Source: a bacterium | Lineage (GTDB): Bacteria > SAR324 > NAC60-12 | NCBI GenBank assembly: GCA_965209155.1 | Contig: OZ242383.1 | Span: 3,808,001 to 3,872,000 of the forward strand | Length of the DNA: 64,000 bases | Reading direction: 5' to 3' | Shown: positions 8,584-18,974 of the stretch, in pieces | Numbering within the stretch: position 1 is the first letter of the stretch | Layout of the letters: the number at the start of each line of letters is the position of its first letter | Program-made: the position numbers and the translations under genes | The notes under the pieces: generated by a model | Told to the model about the DNA's origin: nothing | Seen by the model: only the letters and a program-made list of their open reading frames with translations | Databases searched by the model: none

Positions 8584-11244
8584 ATGAACGACTGGATATA
8601 TCCCGGAGCCCGTTGGTGGAAGTTTGATTTTCACACCCATACGCCTGCCTCAGACGACTTCTTGCAAGGGTGTGAGCCACAGGAAAAATCAATGGTTACT
8701 CCTGAATTCTGGTTGCGGAAGTTTATGGAAGCAGGAATCGACTGCGTGGCTATCACGGACCACAACAGCGGGGAATGGATCGATAAACTCAAACAGGCCT
8801 TAACCCGATTAGTGGAAGACGAAAACAAACCCGAGTGGTTCCATCCCATTCACTTATTCCCGGGGGTGGAAATATCAACAAGTGAGGGTGCGCATCTGCT
8901 CGCAATCTTCGATCCCGAAAAAAACACGACCGACGTTGATTCATTGCTGGGAGCTGTTGGTTTCAGAGGAACGAAAGGGACAAGTGACAGTGAAACAACC
9001 AAGTCGCTAATCGAGGTGATCGATGAAGTCGTGAAAGCGGGTGCCATTCCCATTCCTGCGCACGTCGATAAAGAAAAAGGGTTGTTTAAGCTCAGAGGAA
9101 TCTCATTGAACGAGGTGTTGCAGAATAAACACATTTATGCCATGGAATTATGTTGTGACAATTTCAACAAACCACCGGCTTATAAACAGAAAAATCTTCA
9201 ATGGACGGAAGTCGGGGGTTCCGATACTCATAATTTCAGGAGCAGACAATTTGGCGTCTTTACCTGGCTTAAAATGGATAAGCCTTCCATAGAGGGCTTG
9301 AAGTTGGCTTTACTCGATGGTTCAGCATCGGTTAACCGGGAAATGCAAGCCAACACGAACCGGCATTCCGAATTCGTCATTGAAGAGATCACCGTTGAAA
9401 ATGCCAGGTATATGGGGAGAGGAAGCCCATTAACCTGTCGATTCAACCCCTTTCTCAATACCATCATCGGTGGACGAGGGAGCGGTAAATCCACCTTACT
9501 GGAATTTATGCGATTAGTACTGCGGCGCGAAAAAGAGATCCCCGAACCTTTGATTCGGGAAAACGAGAAATACTTCCATACGGGTGACGACAACCTGTTA
9601 CTCGACGAGAGCCGACTATCTCTGATCTATCGAAAAGGTAGCACGCGCTATCGCTTGAACTGGTCGGCAAAAGCCGATACCGCTTCACTGGAAACAGAAA
9701 TAGATAATCAATGGAAAGCCGAACAGGGCGAAATCCAGTCACTATTTCCTGCGTATATCTATAGCCAAAAACAAATCTTTACTCTGGCGCAAAATCCTAA
9801 CGCATTGCTGGACATCATTGATTGGGACTTTTCCGTGAAATACGAAATTTTCGAGCAAGAAAGGACTCGATTGGAGAACCGCTACAGACAATTTGAGCAG
9901 AAGTCGGGGGAACTGAAAGAAAAAATAGCAGAGAAGAACAAAACAACCGGTTTACTGAACGATACAACCAGGCAAATCAAACAGATTGAAAGATCCGGTC
10001 ATAAGGAAGTGCTCCAAAATTATCGTTTACGTCAACGACAATTGGAAGAGATCAATAAACTGGAGAAACAGTGGCAGCAAGGCGTCGATCGCCTGCAGGA
10101 ATCCACTGATGAGATTGCCCCTGTGTCGTTTGATGCACAGGAATTCAGTTCTCACCGGGATATTCTGCAGGCGATTACTGATATAAATTTTAAATGGAAA
10201 GCGATCAACGAAGCGCTGGGAAAATTGACCGAAGAATCGCAAGATATCGTGAGTAACTGGAAGCAAAAAAAAACCGCTACCGAATGGATGAAAGCGCTAC
10301 GAATCGACGTCGAAAAATTTGAGCAATTGCGCGCTCAGTTGGCGCAAGAAGGTATCGATCCCGGTAAATATCCCTCTTTATTGCAACAGCAGGCGCTTTA
10401 TAAGAAAGAACTCGCCGACTTAGACAGATACGAAAATGCCCTTAAAAAATTAGAAGCGGACAAACGTCAAATTTTAACCGAACTACAGCAAAACAGGGAA
10501 AACCTGACGGAAAACAGAAAATCGTTCCTGACGTCGGTTCTAAAGGATAATCAATCTGTTTTTATAAAGGTTCAGCCCTTCGGACAGATTTGGGGGGCGG
10601 GTGTCGAAATGAAAATACGTCTATTGTTGCAATGCGAGGGTCAACGCTTTGAGAAAGATCTCGAGGCATTGAAGCAGTTGTACCATGGAGCCGAAAAGAT
10701 GACGGCGGTGCAAGCTATCAAAAATAGAGTATCGGGCATTCGCAATGACGAAGAAGATGCTAAAGATAAACGCTTTAGCGCGCATATCAAGAATCTTCCA
10801 AGGGAATCCATCAGTAATTTGATGTGCTGGTTCCCTCAGGATGCGCTTGAGATCACTTTTGGTGATCACCAGAGCATTCAGCAGGGTTCGCCGGGTCAGA
10901 AAACCGCGGCCTTGCTGGCCTTTATCCTGTCTTACGGAGATGAACCGCTGCTGTTGGATCAGCCTGAAGATGACCTAGACAACGAATTGATCTACGACTT
11001 GATTGTTAAGCAACTGCGTGAAACCAAAAGCAAGCGGCAATTTATCGTGGTAACTCACAACGCGAACATCGTCGTTAACGGCGATGCCGAGATGGTGTTG
11101 CCGCTGTTCGTAAGTGGCCAATCTTATTTGAACCAGCCGGCCAGTATACAGGAAGTAAGCATCAGAGAGAGAATATGCGCTGTCCTGGAGGGAGGACAGA
11201 AAGCGTTTGAGCAGCGTTACAAACGCATTCACCTGGAGAGCTGA
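8584..11244 (+). CDS. PHP phosphoesterase + ABC/SMC-like ATPase (TrlF/Ppl-like)
   Basis: DFHTHTPAS, ITDHN, AHVD, SDTH; Walker A GGRGSGKST, coiled coil, SPGQ signature, LDQPEDDLD, VTHNANI. Confidence 0.9.
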   Translation: MNDWIYPGARWWKFDFHTHTPASDDFLQGCEPQEKSMVTPEFWLRKFMEAGIDCVAITDHNSGEWIDKLKQALTRLVEDENKPEWFHPIHLFPGVEISTSEGAHLLAIFDPEKNTTDVDSLLGAVGFRGTKGTSDSETTKSLIEVIDEVVKAGAIPIPAHVDKEKGLFKLRGISLNEVLQNKHIYAMELCCDNFNKPPAYKQKNLQWTEVGGSDTHNFRSRQFGVFTWLKMDKPSIEGLKLALLDGSASVNREMQANTNRHSEFVIEEITVENARYMGRGSPLTCRFNPFLNTIIGGRGSGKSTLLEFMRLVLRREKEIPEPLIRENEKYFHTGDDNLLLDESRLSLIYRKGSTRYRLNWSAKADTASLETEIDNQWKAEQGEIQSLFPAYIYSQKQIFTLAQNPNALLDIIDWDFSVKYEIFEQERTRLENRYRQFEQKSGELKEKIAEKNKTTGLLNDTTRQIKQIERSGHKEVLQNYRLRQRQLEEINKLEKQWQQGVDRLQESTDEIAPVSFDAQEFSSHRDILQAITDINFKWKAINEALGKLTEESQDIVSNWKQKKTATEWMKALRIDVEKFEQLRAQLAQEGIDPGKYPSLLQQQALYKKELADLDRYENALKKLEADKRQILTELQQNRENLTENRKSFLTSVLKDNQSVFIKVQPFGQIWGAGVEMKIRLLLQCEGQRFEKDLEALKQLYHGAEKMTAVQAIKNRVSGIRNDEEDAKDKRFSAHIKNLPRESISNLMCWFPQDALEITFGDHQSIQQGSPGQKTAALLAFILSYGDEPLLLDQPEDDLDNELIYDLIVKQLRETKSKRQFIVVTHNANIVVNGDAEMVLPLFVSGQSYLNQPASIQEVSIRERICAVLEGGQKAFEQRYKRIHLES

Positions 11245-12532
11245 TTTGCTAAACGAACAGCAGATTTTAGGAAAAATTGCGGGTGGTGAAAGCTCCGGAA
11301 CCGAATTCAAGGAAGTAACGGTCAGTGGTGGGACAGTCAAAGAACCGCATCGAAATGGTTTGTCCGATGAGTTTGCCGCTTTTGCCAATCAGCAAGGAGG
11401 TACGCTGATTTTTGGCGTTTCCGACGATCGGAAAATTCAAGGTGTAGATTTAGATAGTGTTCCGATATTGATTCGTTTCATCAGTGAGATATGCCACGGC
11501 TCGGTGGAACCTCCCATCGTCGATTATTTTCTAGACAGTATCCGAATTCCAGATGAAATGGAGCGAGAAAAAACACTGGTTTATATCAACATTTCACGGA
11601 GTCTTTGGGCACACCAAAGCAAAAACGGATTCTTTTTGCGACAAGGAAACACCAAACGAAAAATGACAACCGAGCAATTGGGCAGACTGCTGCAGTCCCG
11701 CTCACAAGCCAGGATTATTCCTTTTAATGAACAGTTTGTCCCCAATACGGATAAATCGACTTTACGCAGAGATTTATTTGTAAGATTTCTCCGAAATGCC
11801 AAAACGGAGGCGCAAGAAAATGACCAACTTTTGAAACGGCGTCTGTTGATAGAGGACAATGGAATTTTTAGAGCTTCCGTGGCAGGTTTGCTGATGTGTG
11901 GTGACCAGTCCGACGAATACCTCTACAACAGTTTTATATGCGCTGTTTGCTATAAAGGTCTACACAAAGACGCCAACTACCAACTGGATGCGCAAGATCT
12001 CAGAGGGGCGTTGGATAAGCAAATTTTGGATGCCTATAGATTCGTCGAACGATATAATCAAAAATCCGCTCTCAAAGAAGTAGGTCGAGAGGAACGATCA
12101 CAATACAGCATGAAAGCCGTTTTTGAAGCCGTTGTCAATGCGGTTGTACATAGAGATTACTCTAAACATGGTTCGAAAATCCGCTTGTTCATGTTTTCCG
12201 ACCGCTTGGAACTCTATTCGCCGGGTGCCCTTGCGAACACCATGACAGTGGATACACTGGAAGATAACCAGGTAACCAGAAACGAATTGTTAACTCGACT
12301 ATTATCTGAACTTGTCGTGGAGAGGCCGATAGGGGACGCTATTGGAAGAAAATACTTTCTGGAACGTAGAGGCGAAGGGGTCGGGATTATTCGTCGCGAA
12401 AGTGAGGATCTGAGCGGGAAAAAGCCGTTCTACAAGATGCAGGGTGAGGAGTTATGCTTGACCATTTTTGCGGCGAAATCCTTGCAGGAGGAACGGGAAA
12501 TGGAAACAAATCAAAAACTTTACCACGCATAA
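11207..12532 (+). CDS. Schlafen/AlbA_2 domain + HATPase_c_4 (RecG C-terminal-like) protein; start uncertain
   Basis: GESSGTEFKE, AFANQQGGTLIFGVSD, EAVVNAVVHRDYS, YSPG and ERRGEG motifs. Confidence 0.85.
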   Translation: MSSVTNAFTWRADLLNEQQILGKIAGGESSGTEFKEVTVSGGTVKEPHRNGLSDEFAAFANQQGGTLIFGVSDDRKIQGVDLDSVPILIRFISEICHGSVEPPIVDYFLDSIRIPDEMEREKTLVYINISRSLWAHQSKNGFFLRQGNTKRKMTTEQLGRLLQSRSQARIIPFNEQFVPNTDKSTLRRDLFVRFLRNAKTEAQENDQLLKRRLLIEDNGIFRASVAGLLMCGDQSDEYLYNSFICAVCYKGLHKDANYQLDAQDLRGALDKQILDAYRFVERYNQKSALKEVGREERSQYSMKAVFEAVVNAVVHRDYSKHGSKIRLFMFSDRLELYSPGALANTMTVDTLEDNQVTRNELLTRLLSELVVERPIGDAIGRKYFLERRGEGVGIIRRESEDLSGKKPFYKMQGEELCLTIFAAKSLQEEREMETNQKLYHA

Positions 12533-12589
12533 CGCTACGGGTACAAAAGAAGCCCAATTCCTTCCTTCCGTCGTTCCGGAACCCGGATT

Positions 12590-14047
12590 ATGAACGTCTT
12601 TACCATTTTATATGTCATCGGGACTTTGTCCGTGTTTACGGGCGGAATGATGTTGTTTCCCTTTGGAGTGGCCTTGATTTACGATCAAGGGGACGCGCCT
12701 GCCTTATTACTTTCCTCTTCGCTTGCAATTACCGGGGGATTGCCTTTCTGGTGGTTGTTCCGCCGCTACACCCAATTGAGGATGAAGGATGGTTTCATTA
12801 TTGTTTCCGTGGGATGGACCCTGGTGTGCGCCATTTCGGCACTGCCTTTTGTAGTGCATGGGGCAATTCCTTCTTTCACGGATGCTTTTTTTGAAATGAT
12901 GTCCGGTTACACAACCACCGGGGCGACGATTCTGACGGACATTGAAATGCTCCCCAATGGGTTACTGTTCTGGCGAAGTTTTACTCATTTACTGGGAGGA
13001 ATGGGTTTTGTCATGCTCACCATCCTCATCCTTCCATTCGTGGCAACGGAAGGCATGTATCTCTACCGGGCCGAGGCCGATCCGGGAACGGTGCTCACCA
13101 ACGATAAACTCAATCCCCAGGTGAAAGGCACGGCGATCCGTCTTTGGATTATCTACCTTTCGTATATTATTCTCAACGCCGTCTTGTTATGGGCAGGGGG
13201 AATGTCCTGGTTTGATGCGATTTGTCATGCCTTTGGAACCTTGTCCACTGCAGGCTTTTCTCCTAAAAACGCCAGTATGGGATATTATGACAGTAGCTAT
13301 TTTGACTGGGTGACGATTGTTTTCATGTTCCTCGGAGGTATGACTTTTATTTTACACTACCAAATTTTAACGAATCAGTGGAACCAGGTCAGAATCAATA
13401 CGGAATTCCGCTGGTACGTGGGGATTGTTTTGGTATTCTGCCTGATCGTATCTTGGGTTTTGTGGGAAAACGAAACCTATGGCGGGATATTGGATGCGAT
13501 ACGCTATGGTACGTTTCAAACGGTTTCTCTTCTCACTACGAGTGGTTTTACCACTGCGGATTACGAGCTTTGGCCTCAAGCGGCTCAAATGTTTCTCTTT
13601 GTGGTGGTGTTCATAGGCGCTTGCGCCGGTTCCACCACCAGCGGAATCAAAATCATCCATTATGTGATTCTCTTCAAATATCTGAATGCAACCTTAAAAA
13701 GAATTTTGCACCCCTACGTAATTCATCCAATTCGGGTCAATAGAGTGGCCATTGACACGAGAATACGGGATCTGGCAATTTGTTATTTTGTGGGCAATAT
13801 CCTATGGATTCTGCTGGGTGGGGGGGTGATGGTTATCTTGGATGACATGGATTTCTGGAGTGCGGTTGTCTCCGTAATCGCCACCTTGATGAACATCGGT
13901 CCGGGGTTTGCGGACGTGGGACCTGCCGACAACTTCTCCCATATTTCCCACAGCGGAAAATGGTTTCTTTCCCTGAACATGCTCACCGGCCGATTGGAAA
14001 TGTTTTCGGTGATTGTGCTTTTTTTCCCGTCTTTTTGGAAAACTTAA
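12590..14047 (+). CDS. trkH: Trk potassium uptake membrane protein
   Basis: SGYTTTG, LSTAGF, TTSGF and NIGPG pore loops; GRLE near the C-terminus. Confidence 0.95.
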   Translation: MNVFTILYVIGTLSVFTGGMMLFPFGVALIYDQGDAPALLLSSSLAITGGLPFWWLFRRYTQLRMKDGFIIVSVGWTLVCAISALPFVVHGAIPSFTDAFFEMMSGYTTTGATILTDIEMLPNGLLFWRSFTHLLGGMGFVMLTILILPFVATEGMYLYRAEADPGTVLTNDKLNPQVKGTAIRLWIIYLSYIILNAVLLWAGGMSWFDAICHAFGTLSTAGFSPKNASMGYYDSSYFDWVTIVFMFLGGMTFILHYQILTNQWNQVRINTEFRWYVGIVLVFCLIVSWVLWENETYGGILDAIRYGTFQTVSLLTTSGFTTADYELWPQAAQMFLFVVVFIGACAGSTTSGIKIIHYVILFKYLNATLKRILHPYVIHPIRVNRVAIDTRIRDLAICYFVGNILWILLGGGVMVILDDMDFWSAVVSVIATLMNIGPGFADVGPADNFSHISHSGKWFLSLNMLTGRLEMFSVIVLFFPSFWKT

Positions 14048-14058
14048 ACTCCCGACAA

Positions 14059-15213
14059 TCAGGATAAGATTTTGCGTTGGGGTTTGGAGTGTCGCCACTC
14101 CGCCAACAATGTACGCAGGGCTGCAATAAAAGCCAGGGGTTGGTCCAGTATCAAATGGTGATGCGCTTCCGGAATGGAAACAAAAGGAACACTGCTGTCC
14201 AGCACTTGAAACATATAATCCACGATGTCTTGAGAAAACAACAGGCTGTTTTCTCCATAAACCACTCCAATGCGACAAACCACGGAGGAGAGATCTTTGG
14301 AAAGGTCTCCAATTTTGAAACGTTTGAAAAGCTGATCATCGAATTTCCAGGTCCAACCTCCGTCTACCGGGACCAGTGACTGATCGGCAATGTGTTCCAA
14401 GATAAAATCATTATCGCATTCCTGGGTGGGTACGAGGCGAAAACGAGCTTTAGCTTGTTCGAAACTTTCATAAATTCGCTTAGGTCGAATGGGAGAGCGT
14501 TTGGGGTCCCGTTCCCATTCATAATCGGGGGGGCGTACGGGAGAATCGACCAAAACCACCCCCGTCAGATGCTCTCCAAACAACGTACCGGCCTTCAGGG
14601 AAATATATCCACCAAAACTGTGTCCGACAAGAATCGGTTTGTCGGCAAATCCGGCATCCCGGCACACCTGAATGGCTTCCTGAACGAAAACTTCCACTGA
14701 ATAGTGGGCGCGGTGGCCACTGTCTCCCATACCACTGAGGTCGATGGCGGCCACAGCATAATGATCCAAAAAAAAAGGCGCGATGAAATCCCACCAATGG
14801 GAATGGGCGCCATTACCATGAATCAACAATAGTCCCGGTTTCCCGGCTTCTCCCCAACGCAGGTAATGGATCGGGCATCCTTCCACTTCAATGACGCGGG
14901 ATTCATAAGGCGTTTGGATTGCTTGCAGGAACCATCCTGGTGGTTCTGTCTTTGAATTTAATTTTTTACAACACAAAGCAGCGTCCCGGATTCCATGCCT
15001 GACAGACGAGAAAAGTTGATTCTCGTGAATGCGTAAAGCAACATTGCGAAGGTTTTGCGGCAGTTTCATCCCCAATAACCTCATTAGATTATCATACTCT
15101 TTCGACTTTCGCTTCGCAAGTAGTTTGTCACTCTTGCAAAAGGGGAATGAATCTTGCACTTGTTTTTTCAAACGATTTTGTCTGAATTCACAGGGATCGT
15201 TTCGATGAGCCAA
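14059..15213 (-). CDS. alpha/beta hydrolase (true start probably downstream of 15213)
   Basis: HGNGAH oxyanion loop, GHSFGG nucleophile elbow, AHHH near the C-terminus. Confidence 0.85.
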   Translation of the reverse strand: MAHRNDPCEFRQNRLKKQVQDSFPFCKSDKLLAKRKSKEYDNLMRLLGMKLPQNLRNVALRIHENQLFSSVRHGIRDAALCCKKLNSKTEPPGWFLQAIQTPYESRVIEVEGCPIHYLRWGEAGKPGLLLIHGNGAHSHWWDFIAPFFLDHYAVAAIDLSGMGDSGHRAHYSVEVFVQEAIQVCRDAGFADKPILVGHSFGGYISLKAGTLFGEHLTGVVLVDSPVRPPDYEWERDPKRSPIRPKRIYESFEQAKARFRLVPTQECDNDFILEHIADQSLVPVDGGWTWKFDDQLFKRFKIGDLSKDLSSVVCRIGVVYGENSLLFSQDIVDYMFQVLDSSVPFVSIPEAHHHLILDQPLAFIAALRTLLAEWRHSKPQRKILS

Positions 15214-15503
15214 AAGTCATTTACGTGAAGCATGAAGAGGCAATTACGGGGCATTGATGTTGATGAAGCAAAAAGAAAATAGTCGACAAATTCAACTAAA
15301 AACATGAACTCGAATTGAAAAAGGCTCATACAACCCTTTGAAAATAAAACTCATGGGTATTGCAAGACGGTTATATCAAGGAACAGGAGATCGAAATGGA
15401 TTTTAAACACTCGGATTCAATCAATGAATTACTTTATTTCTCAGCGGAGTATATTTCTGGCAGGTCCGTTGAAATCGAATTATTTATTTGACTTGAGGTC
15501 ACT

Positions 15504-15881
15504 ATGAAAAAACTAATTGTCGTTTTAATCTCAGGTGCTGCGCTATTTTTATTGACCGGATGTATCTCATTGACAGAAGAAGGCGCAGAAGTAACAGTTG
15601 TCACAGATCCGAAAATAGTGGAAAATTGCACTTTAAAAGGAAAAATACGCTCTTATGCGGTCTGGGCGAACAGCACGGCGCACACTGGGGAGAAAGATCC
15701 GCGGATTGACATCAGTCACAGTCAATTCAACACCACTCTGATTCAAACGCAAAATGCGGCTGCCAGAGATTATGGAGCCAATGTCGTGTTGATCAAAGGC
15801 AGTCATGCCCCTCGAGGAACGGATGTACTGACAGAACTGTTTGCCACCGAAATCAGTTCTACCGCGTATTTATGTAATTAA
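15504..15881 (+). CDS. small lipoprotein (DUF4156-like)
   Basis: lipobox LTGC, NCTLKG, QNAAARDYGANVV, C-terminal AYLC. Confidence 0.75.
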   Translation: MKKLIVVLISGAALFLLTGCISLTEEGAEVTVVTDPKIVENCTLKGKIRSYAVWANSTAHTGEKDPRIDISHSQFNTTLIQTQNAAARDYGANVVLIKGSHAPRGTDVLTELFATEISSTAYLCN

Positions 15882-15930
15882 TGGGGCAGGTGAATTTTTG
15901 CCGTATAACTCACCAAAGCAAGAGGAATTT

Positions 15931-16209
15931 ATGAACAAACTTTATGGATATTTCAGTATCGTAATATTTTTTTTCCTGATTGCAGGATGTACGACACTGA
16001 CTGCAGATGGAGAAAATGTCGTAGTGACCAATGATGCTGAATTGGTTAAAGACTGTGAACTAAAAGGAAAAATTCGTTCTGCAGGAATGGGAAATTCGCT
16101 CTATCGTGCCCAGAATGCAGCGGGAAGAGAGTGGAAGGCGGATACGCTTTTGGTGACAGGTATGGATGAAGAATTGGAGGCCCTCGCATATATTTGCAAA
16201 GATAATTAA
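15931..16209 (+). CDS. small lipoprotein, paralog of the upstream gene
   Basis: GAGG RBS, lipobox IAGC, DCELKG, QNAAGREWKAD, AYIC; the stop codon is the first 3 nt of the adjacent element. Confidence 0.75.
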   Translation: MNKLYGYFSIVIFFFLIAGCTTLTADGENVVVTNDAELVKDCELKGKIRSAGMGNSLYRAQNAAGREWKADTLLVTGMDEELEALAYICKDN

Positions 16210-16763
16210 TCTCATTAAACCACCAGCTCTGCTGGTGCGAACCTAATAGGCTTTGCCGGTCAGACATGAGAAACGTATCCGTGTCCGTTAGCCGTGCTCG
16301 TGAACGGTCATTGAATTCGACGGCACATTTTGGTTAACATAGAAACAATGCGATGAAGTAACTGTTTCCCTTCGTCAAATAAAGGAGGCTGGATGATCTT
16401 CAACACGTTTAAAACATCGAGCATAGCAGCGCATTCCATTGCGGAACCTCGGGCAAATGCATAGAATCGTTGCTTGTCAGGAAAGGAATTATTTCCACAG
16501 CCTTCTGCGATATTGAGAGGAATCGACCATGAGGTCCTTTTCAGTTGGTCAACTAAGGCTGAGTATCCTTTTGGCAATGTTTCGATGACTTGGACAGATA
16601 ACGCTAAAAATTCGATGGAACATTGGTATACATCGAGTTTTTCATGATCTAACATGGCAGCCTTTTTCGTTCACGAGCACGAGCACGTCTTACGATGACG
16701 AACACGTTTTGCCCTCATACTGGGGGCCTCTTCAAGCCACCGGCTCTGCCGGTGGTGATGACT
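16207..16763 (+). mobile_element. non-autonomous IS200/IS605-like element carrying a four-helix-bundle gene, copy 1 (557 bp)
   Basis: near-identical to three other copies; preceded by TAAT; left hairpin CACCAGC-TCT-GCTGGTG, right hairpin CCACCGGC-TCT-GCCGGTGG, ends GACT; lacks one GTGCTC unit. Confidence 0.9.
16308..16655 (-). CDS. four helix bundle protein (23S rRNA IVP family)
   Basis: EKLDVYQ, DQLKR.S.SIPLNIAEG, F..ARGSAMEC family motifs. Confidence 0.92.
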   Translation of the reverse strand: MLDHEKLDVYQCSIEFLALSVQVIETLPKGYSALVDQLKRTSWSIPLNIAEGCGNNSFPDKQRFYAFARGSAMECAAMLDVLNVLKIIQPPLFDEGKQLLHRIVSMLTKMCRRIQ

Positions 16764-16808
16764 GAGCAGTTACGGAGTTTTACGTATATATTATCCAAGA
16801 GTTCATCT

Positions 16809-17621
16809 CTAAGGATGTGTCATCAATTTCGCGTATTTCAGGAATGAATATTTCAATTCTTTCCGCGCAATCACGAATAAGGGAAATTGCTCATGCAGAT
16901 AGTTTTTTCCTTTTTGCATTGGAAAAGGATCGTTTTGCAGAAAATACCAGTGAGCGCCTACAGAACGGATTATAGGAAATGCACCTGCGAAGTCCCAGAT
17001 TTTGGGGTTTGATTCAAGGGTACCCAAAGTCCCACCTCCAGCTACGGTAACCAGATCATAAGCGCAAGAACCCAATACTCTCACTTTACAGGGAAAATTT
17101 TTCCCAGCTACATGAATACTGCGGGAACAAAAAGTGAAGAATTGGTTCTTTTCAAATTCCTGCTCACTGGGTGGCAGGGCCTTGCCATTAAAAAAAGCGC
17201 CATCCGGACCGTCTTCGCTTTTTCCATTCAGAAAAAAACCATGATACCTTTGCTGAAGGGGAGGAAAATGAAGATAGCCGAACACCGGTTCCCCGAGATG
17301 CAGCAACCCCAAAGAAATTCCCCATATTGGAATACCGCGAACAAAATTATGAGTTCCGTCCAAGGGATCTACTATCCAACACCATTCGTTTTCCGGAAAG
17401 ATTGCCTCCTCCCCTTCTTCTGTTAAAATCCCGTGGGTGGGAAATGCTTTTTGGATGGCTTGTCGAATTTGAAGGTCAGCCCGTTTGTCCGCAATGGTAA
17501 CCAAACTCCCATCTTTCTTTTTTTTTCCTTTCACTTTGCCGAAATCGGACAACAAATCTTTTTCCACCCGGCAAGTCAGTTTCTGACAAAAATCGAGAAT
17601 CTCGTCCCATATGCGTCGCAT
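16809..17621 (-). CDS. inositol monophosphatase family protein
   Basis: VTIAD, EEG, WIVDPLDGTHNF and WDFAG motifs. Confidence 0.9.
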   Translation of the reverse strand: MRRIWDEILDFCQKLTCRVEKDLLSDFGKVKGKKKKDGSLVTIADKRADLQIRQAIQKAFPTHGILTEEGEEAIFPENEWCWIVDPLDGTHNFVRGIPIWGISLGLLHLGEPVFGYLHFPPLQQRYHGFFLNGKSEDGPDGAFFNGKALPPSEQEFEKNQFFTFCSRSIHVAGKNFPCKVRVLGSCAYDLVTVAGGGTLGTLESNPKIWDFAGAFPIIRSVGAHWYFLQNDPFPMQKGKNYLHEQFPLFVIARKELKYSFLKYAKLMTHP

Positions 17622-17706
17622 GGTATTCCGTTTGTTTATATCAGGAAGAATCGGTATCTTACAGCATTGCCCTGCAATGGACAAACAATAAGGTCAACTA
17701 TGGTAA

Positions 17707-18894
17707 ATGATGCGATTTTGCTTCTGTAAAAGCAATAATATCCACAGCCTGACAGTATGTTGCCTGTTTCTGATCGTTTTACTGGCACATTTCCCTACTG
17801 TCTCCGCATCGGCTGAATTCCAACTTTCGTATCAAGGGCAAATGAACCTGCGGTTAACACTTCCACTGGTAGAATCCCGGCCAGGAGAAAAAGGAGCGCG
17901 TTATTTGCCAGGGATCCGTTCTCACATGGCGCTTGAAGACGGTATGGAATTTGACGGTGAAGCCATAATTAATTTTTATCTGACTTCATCTGAGACTTCG
18001 GAAGATTTCTGGCAGGAATCAATCCATGCGCACCGGTTGTGGGGTAGGATTTTCAGCAATGATTCATCGATACGGCTTGGCCTGCAAAAGATCAATTGGG
18101 GCCCGGGAAAAACTTTACGAGCATTGCAATGGTTCGACCGCATCGACCCCCGGGACCACAGTGGGTTCACGGAAGGCGTAAATGCGTTGCTTGTTCGCAG
18201 TTATTTTGATAACAACGCGAATCTTTGGGGATGGATTCTCTATGGAAACCAGCAAGCAATGGGAATTTCTCCTCATGTTAGCGCGAAGAATCAGCCCGAA
18301 TTCGGTGGTCGCATCCAAATTCCGGTGGAAAATGGCGAAGCAGGTGTTTCTTTCCACCATCGCCGTATCAACGCCGGACACCTGGTGGAAAACTTGCGAA
18401 AAGAGGAAAAAATGGAAAATCGGATCGGGCTGGACGCGCAGTGGGACCTGGGTCCGGGACTCTGGTTTGAATTCACGTATGTCGAGATTGCAAAAGCTGA
18501 ACCTCTATCTCAACGAAAGCGTCTCAGCGCGTTGGGGATCGATTATACTTTAGATTTTGGAAACGGCTTATACACGGCTCTGGAAGCGATGCAAATCCAA
18601 TCCGGCTCCTCTTCAGCAACCACTGAATCCTCAACACAATGGACTGCGGCATTGACCCAAAATTATCCTCTCGATCTCTTGCATCATGTGGGATTGATTG
18701 CCTTGTGGGATATCGAGCAGAAAACCGGGAAATTGCACGCCAATTGGCGACGAGTACAAGACGATATAATCTGGAATGTCGCTTTTTATTACAACGAGAC
18801 TATAGTCGAGCTTCCTACTGGAGATTCGGGCGCTTCCAATTCAAGGATTGCCCGTGATCGAGGATTGCAACTGGTTGTCCAGTACAATCACTAG
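17707..18894 (+). CDS. putative outer-membrane beta-barrel protein associated with the ABC cluster
   Basis: signal peptide, RLGLQKINWG, alternating beta-strand pattern, aromatic residue near the C-terminus. Confidence 0.65.
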   Translation: MMRFCFCKSNNIHSLTVCCLFLIVLLAHFPTVSASAEFQLSYQGQMNLRLTLPLVESRPGEKGARYLPGIRSHMALEDGMEFDGEAIINFYLTSSETSEDFWQESIHAHRLWGRIFSNDSSIRLGLQKINWGPGKTLRALQWFDRIDPRDHSGFTEGVNALLVRSYFDNNANLWGWILYGNQQAMGISPHVSAKNQPEFGGRIQIPVENGEAGVSFHHRRINAGHLVENLRKEEKMENRIGLDAQWDLGPGLWFEFTYVEIAKAEPLSQRKRLSALGIDYTLDFGNGLYTALEAMQIQSGSSSATTESSTQWTAALTQNYPLDLLHHVGLIALWDIEQKTGKLHANWRRVQDDIIWNVAFYYNETIVELPTGDSGASNSRIARDRGLQLVVQYNH

Positions 18895-18974
18895 TTCATT
18901 TTTTTGTGGCCCTGAGTTGAAGGGGAGTTTTTTCAGAAAAAGAACATACCAGAAAAAGAGCAGGAGATTTTTTT

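Noticed and set aside
14960..15213. Extended N-termini on the hydrolase, and likewise on fbiC, the second permease and Gfo/Idh/MocA in the ORF track
   Set aside because: The extensions come from upstream alternative start codons and have no family-like sequence; downstream starts fit better.
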